Under the pieces are notes generated by a model. That model did not search any database and was not told where the DNA came from. It worked only from the letters and a program-made list of their open reading frames with translations. The position numbers and the translations under genes are program-made. Source: the human T2T-CHM13v2.0 reference genome, Homo sapiens. From it: a DNA stretch of 64,000 nucleotides. The stretch lies in the NCBI RefSeq assembly GCF_009914755.1, contig NC_060936.1; one strand, given 5' to 3'. Shown one piece after another: positions 53,530 through 64,000 of this stretch. Position 1 is the first letter of the stretch. Every line of letters begins with the position of its first letter.

Positions 53530-54170
53530 AAAAAAAAGGTAACGTTTACTAAGCTCGTACTATGTGCCAGATGCTGTTCTGTTTTAATGCATTATTGCCT
53601 TTAATTCTCAGTAACAATCCTGTGGAATGTTGTTACCATTTCCCTGTCCCCACCTCCTTTTTGCAGATGATAAAAGGATGCATAGAGAGATTAGGACAAC
53701 TGCGTAAGGCTAACAGGTGCCAGTGGTAGGTTTTAAACCCAGAGAGTTAGGCTCTGTAGAACTTACACCTCAATATTTACATAAGCAACATGATTTAGTA
53801 TAATAGCTTGGAAACTCAAGACTCCATTTTGAGCCCTGAATCTGCCTCTCATCTTTTTGCTACTTAAAGTGTGGTCCACGGACCAACAGCCTTAGCCTCA
53901 CTTGGGAGCTGTTAGAAATACAGGATCTGAGCTCCACCCCAGACTGACTGGATCAGAATCTTCATCTTACTTAGATCTCCAGATGATTCACCTGCTCACT
54001 GAAGGTAAGCACTGTCTCACCAGCTTTGCCCAAATCACAGAATCTCTCTCGGCCTCAGTTTCTCCAACTGTAAAATGAGGACAGCATCTGCCTCTGCCCC
54101 TTCTCAGGGCTGCTATGGAGATCAAAAGGCAGGAGGTATGTGGAAAGGTGTTATAAATTGCATAGTGTTC
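53530..54170. mobile_element. MIR (53530-53760), MER5A (~53855-54015), MIR (54030-54170)
   Basis: CTATGTGCCAGATGCTG; AAAGTGTGGTCCACGGACCAACAGC; GCCTCAGTTTCTCCAACTGTAAAATGAGG. Confidence 0.65.
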
Positions 54171-55372
54171 TACAAAGGTCAAAACCAAACAGTGAACCAG
54201 AGCATTAAAGCTTTAGAGACAACTCGACAAATAGATAATGCCTTTTATCCCCAAGGCTTGGCTGGGCAGGAACTCACAGTGCTGTGTGTTATACAAAATA
54301 ACCAGACAGAAGAAATGCCTTTTACAAGCAGTTCCTGGAAATTTCTAGCTTTATCAAGGAATTTGGTTTCTCCAGTTCACTGCCTAGTGAAAATAGCTGC
54401 TCCTTAATAAGACCCAGATGTTGACACAGCCACTCACCTTCCCCATTGCATGGATGCGTTTCATACTGAATTTCACCTAAGGAATTTTAGACTTTAAAGA
54501 TAATAATCAAAACCACTGCTAGCTTCCCTTTGGGATTCTTGCTGATTTGGGAGATCAAAGGTGTCGCAACAATACAGTGAATGTAGACAGAAAGTGAGGT
54601 TTCTTGCCTGCTAACAAAAAGATGAATGCAGTATAACAATGACCATTTTAGCACTTTTGTCCCCAGGTACTTCTGCTTAAAGTAGGGTCTCCTCTCAAAT
54701 ATTTTTATAATTTCCCCCGACTGTCCTTCTTTGCCTCATGCTATCGGCAAACGTGGCTGGTGCGCTAACAACATTAGCTTCTGTTTCAAATACAATTAAA
54801 TGGATGCCCTTGCTGGTTAATTCTTGGCATACCTAAAAAATACTTTCTCCACGTCTAGGAAAAGTATGAGATGTTTAAATTCCAAACAATGAATGATTCC
54901 CAAGGGCATCTCACATGGAGTTTCACGGGATGGGAATCTGGCTCAAAGGAAGGACGTCCTCCATGGTGGCCCCTCACTTTTTCCGGAGGCAGCCTGATTT
55001 GACTTTCTGTGAGTGGCTGAGAAATAACATAACTCTTGACTTTGGGGAGAGCTCTGCACTCTTGTAGACCCACATAGAGAGACCAGGCTGTTTTCATTAC
55101 GCACTTGCTGGAATGCAGGGATCTGCTATAGGTCACCAGGGATTTCACAACCCCCAAAGCAAGAATGGCAGAAATTTGACTTTTAGAGACCCTGCCACTC
55201 TTCAATTTGCTATGTGCTTTCCTCCCCTTCTTTAATGAAACTATTGAGGGAGATGGTCTCGAAATTGTTTTTAAGGGCCAGATAAGTAGGAAGTTTTCTC
55301 ACTGAGGCCTTCCTTCTCCAGGCAAGGGTATCCTGTGAGCATGGCCATTAGCCCCAAGACAGAGGCATATAC

Positions 55373-55409
55373 TAGGTTGGTGCAAAAGTAATTATGGTTT
55401 TGCCATTAA
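55373..55409. mobile_element. Half MADE1 (Hsmar1-derived MITE)
   Basis: TAGGTTGGTGCAAAAGTAATTATGGTTTTGCCATTA is one Hsmar1/MADE1 TIR; the second arm is absent. Confidence 0.8.
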
Positions 55410-55733
55410 GAGTAATAAATGGGAAGCTTCTGATTTGGGCCTTGGTTGCACCCCAGCTTTGCCACTTACTAGCAGTGAGACTTGGGTGATTACTCAGATT
55501 CTTCTGAGGCTCTGTTTTTTGGCTGTCAAAATGGCAAGCAACATCTCAGAGGGTCCTTGCGGAGATTACATGAACTCCTGGCTCATGCTACTAATAATCT
55601 GTGGATTTCTCTAGAAAAATATTGTTTTCTTTCCTATGGGAAGCCACCACCGTCAAACTTTATTTTGAGTTGTATTGTTTTAAAACTATTTAAGAAGGGC
55701 AATAAATATTTGGTCTATTTAAAGAGCAGGCTA

Positions 55734-56040
<307 letters not shown>

Positions 56041-56817
56041 CTAGATAATGCTATGAACCCAGGTCGACATCAGAGGCTGCTCTCGGTGGGAGCTTCAGGC
56101 CCACCCAGACCATTTCAACAAATGTGTATGGAGTTCTTTCTCCAGTGCAGGCACTGTGTGTGTAAGGGGCTTCCATTACAAGAGTGGATGAGACACTAGT
56201 CCCTATGGTTAAGAGGCTGAAAGTTAGTGGGGGAAAATAAGTAAACTGGCAATTACAAAACAGGGAGATAAATGCCACAATGAGGAAAAGATAAGGTGCT
56301 AAGAACACTGGTAGAGACCTGCAAGCTGGGGGAAGATGTACTCTAAAAGACAAATGAGACAGACCAGGGAATGCCTGTGCAAAAACCTGGAAAGATTGTC
56401 AGTAGGACCTCTTGGAGAAGCAGCAGCCCCTCGCTTTGATCTTGCTCTGATAAACTAAACAGAATTAAAGGCTTTTGATGATGAAAGTGTAGGAAGCTCC
56501 ATGTCAAGTTCTGACATACTGAGTGAAGCCAGCAGAATCATAGAAAGTAGAATTGTATAGCTGGAAGGGCCTATTACAATTCTCTCAAATAACTAGGTCA
56601 TTCAAGTTCTGTCTTCTCCACAGGCATTCTTGGATCTTCTTGGGGTCACCTTGTTACTCCCCAGCCTTGCCTTGCTCTCTTGAATCTCCATGCCTTTGTT
56701 CTCTCCATGCCTGGAATCTCTCCTTGCCAAATCTGGCTTATTTCTATATGCCTTTTGAGACTCAGTTTAAATGCCCTTTGGTTTCTTCATTCATGAATCA
56801 TTCCTTCACAACTCACT

Positions 56818-57262
56818 GTATCAGTTAGTTATTGCCACAATCATGCTGCATAACAAATAAGCATACAACCGCAGAGGTATACAATGGTTAGCACTTTTTA
56901 GCTCAAACAGCTGGGTGTTGGCCAAGGGCTGCTGATGGAGCCTGGGCTCAGTGGGAAGACCCTGCTCTGCTCCATGTTTCTCTGACCTTTCTCCTTGGAC
57001 CAACAGCCTAACCTTGCTTGGGATGCTCTTCTTGCAATGATGGCAGAGCTGCTATAGGGAAAACAGAAAAACACACAGGCCTAAAAGGCCCAGGCTTGGA
57101 ACTAGCATTCCCTCACTTTTCTTGTATTCCACTGGCCAAAGCAAGTTGCATGGCCAAACCCAAGTTCAAGGAGCAGGAAAATGTACCCTGCCCCTTAAGT
57201 GGAAAGAAGTGTAAAGTCACATGGCAAAGGGCAAACTGGGACCAAGAATGCAGTCTACCACA
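56818..57262 (-). mobile_element. MLT1H-like LTR
   Basis: TGTATCAGTTAGTTATTGCC...CACTGGCCAAAGCAAGTTGCATGGCCAAACCC...AAAGTCACATGGCAAAGGGC...TCTACCACA. Confidence 0.7.
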
Positions 57263-58399
57263 TTAACCTTTGTATCTCTAGTACTTGACATGTGATAGGA
57301 ACCCAGTATGTGCTTCTGACCTGCAATGAGAAAACTAAGCCAAGAGTGGTAAAATGACTTGCCCAAGTAACCTGACAGCAAGACAGGTCAATAGAAAGTG
57401 TAAGGTAGGACGCATTCAGTAAGAAGAATAAAGCTGGAGAGGGCTTTCCCAATGATTTAGGCTGACTCCCTCTTTTTATACATGCTCAAGAATATGAGTG
57501 AGATTGAGTGACTCATTTAAGATAATATAGTTCATCCACGACCCAGCTTGCCTTGAAGTGAAAAATGCCCTGTTCTCTTCTGAGCCCCTCTGGTATGGCA
57601 TCTGTGAAGTTGGAAGCTGGAGCTAGTTGAGGGCCTATCAATATGATGGGGGTTTTCCCCTTCTTCACTGCCCCTTCATTTTTCTTTCTTTTTTTTTTTT
57701 TTTTAGTTTTTTGTTTTACTTTTTTTTTTCCCACTGCCCCTTCAGAAACAAGAATATGAAAAGGGATTCTTTGATAATGGAACTCAATCCCAACCAATCA
57801 AGGAAGAGGAATCCCATCTTGGCAGTGTGAAAAATCTGCTTTTCTGAAAAATGCTTCACTTAAAAGATCGAAAGAACTCTTTCCTCTAGACAGACCCCCA
57901 AAACATAATCCTATTTCTACAATCCTATTGATGGAGGGTAGATCTGGCAGAGTTTATTATTAAATTCACCCACTGTTAACCAGCAAAGCACACTCAGATA
58001 ATTCAGAATAATGCACAAAAGATCCCTTTTTTAAACATTTGAGTCCCATCTTTCAGCACTCACAGAGTCCATGTAGCATTGAGGGATTTGGGAGTGACTC
58101 TGCCTCTCTTTTTAGCTCATCCTCCAACTTCCCATGGGTATAGATCCCTTTCTTTCACTTGCCCTAGTGGTGTCCTTTCTCATGGCGACTTTGATGATGA
58201 AAATGTCTTTTTCTTTAACCTTCTCTCCTCTTTTCCCTGCCTTTAGATTTTCATAGAGCGTTTACCAGGTATTTCTATCACTTACACTGATGTTATGCTA
58301 AAAGAGTTCCTGGCTCTTCGTCTGCTTTACCAAAAGTCATCTTTCTGTTTTGCTTGTATTTAAAAAGCATAACTGAGCTTTAATATCATGAGCATAAGT

Positions 58400-58905
58400 T
58401 GGTGAGTGAGGTCAGAGTGATGGTGACAGTGACGGTAATGATGGTAGTGGTAGAGGTGGCAGTGCAGGTAATGGTGGTGATGGTGATGCTGTGGTGGTGA
58501 TGGCAGTGGCAGTGATAGAGGTGGTAGTGTGGGTGGTAATGATGGCAGTGATAGAGGTGGTAGTAGTGGTAGTGGTGGCAATGGTGATGGTGGAGGTGGT
58601 GGTGATGGTGGTGGTCATGGTGGTGGCGATGGTGGTGGTGGTGGTGATAATGATTGTGGTGGTGGTGATGGCAGTGGTGGCGATGGCAGTGGTGATGGTG
58701 GTTGTGGTGGTGGTTGTAATGGTGGCAGTGGTGGCGATGGCAGTGGTGATGGTGGTTGTGGTGGTGGTTGTAATGGTGGCAGTGGTTGTGATGGTGGCGG
58801 TGATGGTGAGGTGGTGGTGGTGATGGTGATGGTGGTAGAGGTGAAGGATTTAGTGGAGGTGGTGGTGGTGATTTTCATAATGAGTGAGGTTGTTGGTAGT
58901 GGGGT
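58400..58905. repeat. (TGG)n-type trinucleotide block containing an exact 54-bp tandem duplication
   Basis: Directly visible; unit copies at 58669-58722 and 58723-58776. Confidence 0.93.
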
Positions 58906-60044
58906 GGTTCATTTGCATCATTGATTAGTAATAAACTTAGTGGGGCAATAAACTCCGACCTTACCTACTTCCACAATGTAGTTCATGGTTTTGTTTTCAC
59001 ACTGTGTCACTTAAAAACCAGCACTCTCAACAACAGAGTAATTTGTTGTTACTAGCTATACCTTTAACTACAGTCAATGCTGTCCACAAATTTAATTGAA
59101 AAATTATCGGAAAGTCGTCACTTTGGGATGATTTGCTTGGGGATCAGCTTCCTTATTTTACATATCTGAGTTTCTGTTTCTTCATGTTAAATCTGGCCTC
59201 AACTCCCTCAGAACAAACCAGATAATGCTTGTGAAAACCCACAGAAATAATAACATCTACTATTTGTTTAGTATTACTCAATGATAATATTGAGAAGTTC
59301 ACCTACATTACTGGTAATTCGGAAAACGATTCTGCAGGCATTGTTTTGTATTATTTACTTTTATTGCCTCAATTCAGAAAGGATTTACAAGCTTAGGAGT
59401 ATATCTAAAATACATAAAATGGTACTATGGAAAAACAAAACAAAACAAGAATATAGATTAATGTGGAGCCAGCAAAAAGACTGAAAAGTCCAGGCTAATG
59501 ACATCCTATTTCCAGGGCCCCAAACTGGGCCCTTGAATTTCTAGCAGCCATTTTGAAAAGGGAAACTGTCAGTTACACAAGTCATCTTCCTTAAGAAAAA
59601 AGCCTGCTTGTTGTTTGGTAGATCAACGTCCATACTACCCAAAGCGAACTATGGATTTAATGAAATCTGTATCAAAATGCTAATAGTATTCTTCATAGAA
59701 ATAGAAAAAAAGCCCTAAAATTGGCATGAAATCCACAAAAGACCCTCAATTATCAAAGCAATCTTGAACAAAAATGGGCAAAGCTGGGAGGTGTCATACT
59801 ACCAAACTTCAAAATATATTACAAAACTATAGTAACCGAAACAGCATGGTACTGGTATAAAAACAGACACATAGACCAATGAAACAGAACAGAGAGCTCA
59901 GAAATAAATCTACACACTTACAGTCAACTGATTTTTGACAAAGATTCCAAGAACACCTGGTGAAAGAACAATTTCTTCAATAAATGGTGTTGAGAAAACT
60001 AGATATCCACATGCAGAAGAATAACATTTTCTTTTAAATGTAAT

Positions 60045-60306
60045 TTGTTTTTAGACACAGAGTTTCACTCTATTGCCCAGGCTGGAGGGTAGTGGTACAA
60101 TCACAGCTCACTGTGACCTTGAAATCTTGGGCTCAAGCAATCCTCCCACCTCAGCTTCTGGAGTAGCTGAGACTACAGGTGCACACCATCACACTTGGCT
60201 AAAGACAACTTTTTTTTTTTTGTAGAGATGAGGTTTCTATATGTTGCTCAGTCTGGTATCAAACTCGTGGTCTCCTCATTTCAAGTGTGAACCACTGTGC
60301 CCAGCC
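60045..60306 (-). mobile_element. AluJ (internally deleted)
   Basis: CTCTATTGCCCAGGCTGGAGGGTAGTGG...GGGCTCAAGCAATCCTCCCACCTCAGC...CACTGTGCCCAGCC. Confidence 0.8.
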
Positions 60307-60869
60307 CCAGAAGAATGAAGTTACTCTTGTCTTGCACCATATGCAAAAGTCAACTCAAAATGCATTAAAAACTTAAATGTAAGACTCCAAACTATGAAAC
60401 TACTAGAAGAAACATGGGGGAAACTCTCCATGACATTGATCTTGGCAATGATTCTTTCGATATAACCTCAAAAGCAAAGGCAACAAAAGCAAAAACATCA
60501 CATGAAAAAGCTTCTGCACAGCAAAGGAAACAATTAACAGAGTGAAAAGACATACTATAGCATGGCAGAAAATATTTTCAAACTATACATTCAGCAAACG
60601 TTAATATCAATATATAAGAAACTAAAACAACTCAATAGCAAGAAAATATATTACCCCATTAAAGAATGGACAAGACTTGAATAAACATTTTCCAGAGAGA
60701 CAAGCTATAGAATGGGAGAAAATATTTTCAAACTATATCAACCAACAGTAAATATCAATATATAAAGAACTAAAACAACTCAATAGCAAGAAAATACATT
60801 ACCCCATTAAGGGACAAAAGACTTGAATAAACATTTCCCATAACAAGATATACAAATGGCCAACAGGTG

Positions 60870-62152
60870 TAGTCATGCACTGCAGAACAGTGTTTCAGTT
60901 AGTGACAGTACTCCATATATGATGGTGGTCCCATAAGGTTATTGTAGAGCTGAAAAATTCCTATCGCCTAGTGAGTGCAGTAGCTGTGGTAACATCATAG
61001 TGCAATGCATTACTCATGTGTTTGTGATGATACTGGTGTAAACAAACCTACTGCACTGCTAATCATATAAGCATAGCAAATACAGTTATACACAGTACAT
61101 AATACTCGATATAAATGAGTTTTTCACTGGTTTATGTATTTATTGTACTACACTTTCTTATCATTATTTTAGCAGGTACTTCCTCTACTTATTAAAAAAA
61201 AGTTCACTGTAAAGTAGCCCCAGGCAGGTCCTTCAGGGGGTATTCTAGAAGAAGGCATTGCTATTACAGGAGATGACAGCTCCATGGGTGTTATTGACCT
61301 GAATACCTTCCAGTGAGGCAAGATGTGGAGGTGAAAGACAGTGATATTGATGATCTCAACACTGTAAGGCCTAGGCTAATGTATGTGCTTGTGTCTTAGG
61401 TTTAACAAAAAAGTTTAAAAAGTTAAGAAAAGTAAAAAATTTTAAAAATAGAAAAAAGTGTATAGAATAAAGATAAAAGCATATAGATATACAGAAAATA
61501 TTTTAATACAGCTGGACAATGTGTGCTTTAAAGTTAAGTGTTAAAAAAAGTGTTATTACAAGAGTCAAAAAGTTAAAAAATTTAAAAAGTTTATAAAATA
61601 AAACTGTTACAATAAACTGACGTTAATTTATTACTGAAGGAAGAAAATATTTTTAAATAAATCTAGTATAGCCTAAGTGTGCAGTGCTTTTAAAGTCTAC
61701 AGTAGTGTTCAGTTATGTCCTAGGCCTTCACATTCACTCACCACTCACTCACCCACTCACCCAGAGCAACATCCAGTTCTGCAAGCTCCATTCATGGTAA
61801 GTGCCCTATACAGGTGTACCATTTTTGAATCTTTTATACTGTATTTTTACTGTATCTTTTGTATGTTTAGATGTACAAATACTTAACACTGTGCTACAGT
61901 TGCCTACAGTGTTCAGTACAGTAACATGCTGTACAGGTTTGTAGCCTAAGAACGGTAGGCTCTACCATATAGCCTAGGTAATGATTCTTGAATAGACATT
62001 TTCCAAAAGAAGACATGCAAGACTACTAGGTGTGTGATAGGCTATCCCATCTAGGTTTGTATAAGTACACTCTGTGATGTTCACATAATGATGAAATTAC
62101 CTAAGGACGGATTTCTCAGAATGTATCCCCACCATTAAGCAATACATGGCCG
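60870..62152. mobile_element. Tigger3b (Golem/MER7-type) non-autonomous TcMar DNA transposon, near full length
   Basis: Termini TAGTCATGCACTGC... and ...AAGCAATACATGGCCG followed by TA; internal GGTGGTCCCATAAG and GAGCTGAAAAATTCCTATCGCCTAGTGA. Confidence 0.85.
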
Positions 62153-62218
62153 TATATGAAAAAATGGTCAACATCACTAATCATCAGGGAAATACAAATC
62201 AAAACCACAATGAGATCT

Positions 62219-62894
62219 TGTGTCCGGAATTGGTTCTTTCTGGTAGGTTCTTGGTCCTGCTGACTTCAAGAATGAAGCCGCGGACCCTCGTGGTGAGTAT
62301 TACAGTTCTTAAAGATGGTGTGTCTGGAGTTTGTTCCTTCAGATACTCAGATGTGTCCGGAGTTTCTTCCTTCCCGTGGGTTTGTGGTCTCGCTTGACTT
62401 CAGGAATGAAGCCGCAGACCTTTGCAGTGAGTGTTACAGCTCTTAAGGGTGGCGCATCTGGAGTTGTTTGTTCCTCTGGGTGGGTTCGTGGTCTTGCTGA
62501 CTTCAGGAGTGAAGCTGCAGACCTTCGCAGCTCATAAAGGTAGTGCGGGCCCAAAGAGTGAGCAGCAGCAAGATTTATTGTGAAGAGCGAAAGAACAAAG
62601 CTTCCACAGGGTGGAAGGGGACCAGAGGGTGTTGCCACTGCTGGCTTTGGTGGCCAGCTTTTATTCCCTTATTTGGCCCCGCCACGTCCTGCTGATTGGT
62701 CCATTTTACAGAGCGCTGATTGGTCCATTTTACAGAGTGCTGATTGGTCCATTTTTACAGAGTGCTGACTGGTGCGTTTACAAACCTTTAGCTAGACACA
62801 GAGTGCTGATTTGTGTGTTTACAATCCTTTAGCTAGACAGAAAAGTTCTCCAAGTCCCAACCTGACCCAGAAGCCCAGCTGGCTTCACGTCTCA
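62219..62894 (-). mobile_element. ERV9 solo LTR (LTR12 family, short type, 676 bp)
   Basis: Minus strand TGAGACGTGAAGCCAGCTGGGCTTCTGGG ... CCAATTCCGGACACA; perfect 4-bp TSD ATCT (62215-62218, 62895-62898). Confidence 0.93.
62659..62747 (-). promoter_or_regulatory. LTR12 promoter: three CCAAT boxes at 24-bp period plus a GC-rich box and TATA-like AATAAAA
   Basis: ATTGG at 62695, 62719 and 62743; GGCGGGGCC on the minus strand near 62675-62683; AATAAAA at 62659-62665 (minus). Confidence 0.7.
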
Positions 62895-63574
62895 ATCTTA
62901 TCCTACTACTGTTAGAATAGATATAATAAAAAGAGGTATATGTTGGTGAAGGTGTGGAGAAAGGGAACTTTTACACACTGTTGGTCGGAATGTAAATTAG
63001 TACAGCCATTATGGAAAACAGTATGGATGTTCCTCAAAAAATGAAAAATAGAGCTTCCATATGAATTCAGCGATCCCAGTGAATTTGGGTATATATCCAA
63101 AAGAAATAAAATTAGTATGCAGAAGTGATATCTGCACTTCCATGTTTATTACAGCAATATTCACAATAGCCAAGACACGGAACCATGGGGGGATGTCAGG
63201 ACCAAACCAACCTGTATGTCCATCAATGGGTGAATGGATAAATAAAATGTGTTACATATACACAATAGAATACAATTCAGCCACAAAAAAGAACAAAATT
63301 CTGTCATTTGGGACAACATGGATGAACCTGGAGAATATTATGTTAAGTGTAATAAGCCAGGCATAGAAAGACACTACAACATGACTATATGTGGAATCTA
63401 AAAATGCTGTTCTCATAGAAGGACAAGTATTTGGGTGGTGAGTGGGACCCCCTCCCTAACCATCCAAGCCTCTGGTATGGGAAGGTTCCCCATCCATGTG
63501 GATGGGGAGATATTGGTCAAGGGATATATTTATAGGGAGACATTTATAGTTAGACAGGAGGAAAAAATATTCAG

Positions 63575-63836
63575 AATAGACAATATATAGAGACAGAAAG
63601 TTAGTCAGTGATTGCCTGGGGCTGGGAGAGGGAGGGAGAGGATAGCTAAGGCAGGGAGAGAAATTGGGAGTGACTGCTAATGGTTATGGAGTGTCTTTCT
63701 CAGGTGATGAAAATGCTCTAAAATTGATGTTTGCGAAACTCTGCAAATATCCTAAAAACCATTGGATTGTACACTTTTAATGGGTGAATTGTATAGTATG
63801 TGAATTATATCTTACCAAAGCTGTCTTTAAAAAAAA
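63575..63836 (+). mobile_element. L1MB-like 3' end
   Basis: GGAGTGACTGCTAATGG...GGTGATGAAAATG...TGGGTGAATTGTATAGTATGTGAATTATATC, then an A-tail. Confidence 0.8.
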
Positions 63837-64000
63837 TTCCTGTAGGTTACCTAAAGGCCACCTTCCCAGTGGTGGGGGAGCCGAACCAAAGCCTCTCTGT
63901 CTTCAGCACCTGTGCTTTTCACCCTATCACTGCTTCATGTTCCTGTTCTTCCACTCTGGAAGTGCAGCAGGTTCTATAGACAAAGGCAAAATGGGGGCAG

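Larger units (their letters stand above)
59620..63570 (+). mobile_element. L1 (L1MA/PB-like) ORF2 3' part and 3'UTR, fragmented by AluJ, Tigger3b and LTR12
   Basis: ACAGCATGGTACTGGTATAAAAACAGACACATAGACCAATG; ORF2 C-terminal motif LGIYPKE...[14 protein letters not shown] in ORF 63061-63366. L1 sequence is continuous across each insertion. Confidence 0.88.

Noticed and set aside
55373-55409. Possible miR-548-type hairpin
   Set aside because: Only one MADE1 arm is present, so no hairpin precursor can form.
58158-58172. Possible CTCF site (CCACTAGGGCA on the minus strand)
   Set aside because: Only a partial match to the core; not supportable without a PWM scan or ChIP data.
58360-58924. Gly-, Val-, Pro- and Thr-rich ORFs resembling loricrin, extensin or mucin
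   Set aside because: All are frames of one (TGG)n tract; no splice, promoter or codon evidence.
62219-62840. Repeat-spacer-like periodicity (CRISPR-like array)
   Set aside because: These are the standard U3 and U5 tandem repeats of the LTR12/ERV9 LTR in eukaryotic DNA.
63061-63366. 101-aa ORF with L1 ORF2 C-terminal similarity
   Set aside because: Decayed L1 fragment with an insertion and no upstream continuity.

Overview
Primate, very probably human, non-coding genomic DNA. The evidence is AluY/S/J, an L1PA2-type 3' end, a HERV-K(HML-2) LTR5_Hs-type solo LTR and an LTR12 solo LTR. I see no recognisable protein-coding exon, RNA gene or CpG island. Much of the window is transposable-element debris: a MaLR (THE1D/MSTA-like) provirus running off the left edge, solo LTRs (MER34-, MER50-, MER4-, THE1-, LTR16-, LTR40-, MLT1-like, LTR5_Hs, LTR12), about 12 Alus, L1/L2/MIR fragments, Tigger3/MER2/MER58/MER5/MER96/MADE1 DNA elements and several simple-repeat blocks. 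Most supplied ORFs come from these repeats or are short chance ORFs. I cannot support a new biological system. The most unusual structures not explained by repeats are: (1) a ~220-bp, ~96%-identical inverted duplication of unique DNA (17527-17748 vs 19269-19482) with a template-switch-like junction; (2) a probable L1 3' transduction inside the MaLR internal region; (3) a ~465-bp block of unrecognised sequence splitting an old L1; (4) a cluster of templated insertions and a micro-inversion in the L1/Tigger3 stack at 60-63.5 kb; (5) intact LTR5_Hs and LTR12 promoter/enhancer cassettes. Repeat subfamily names are from recalled consensus sequences and need RepeatMasker/Dfam confirmation. Boundaries of old repeats are approximate.
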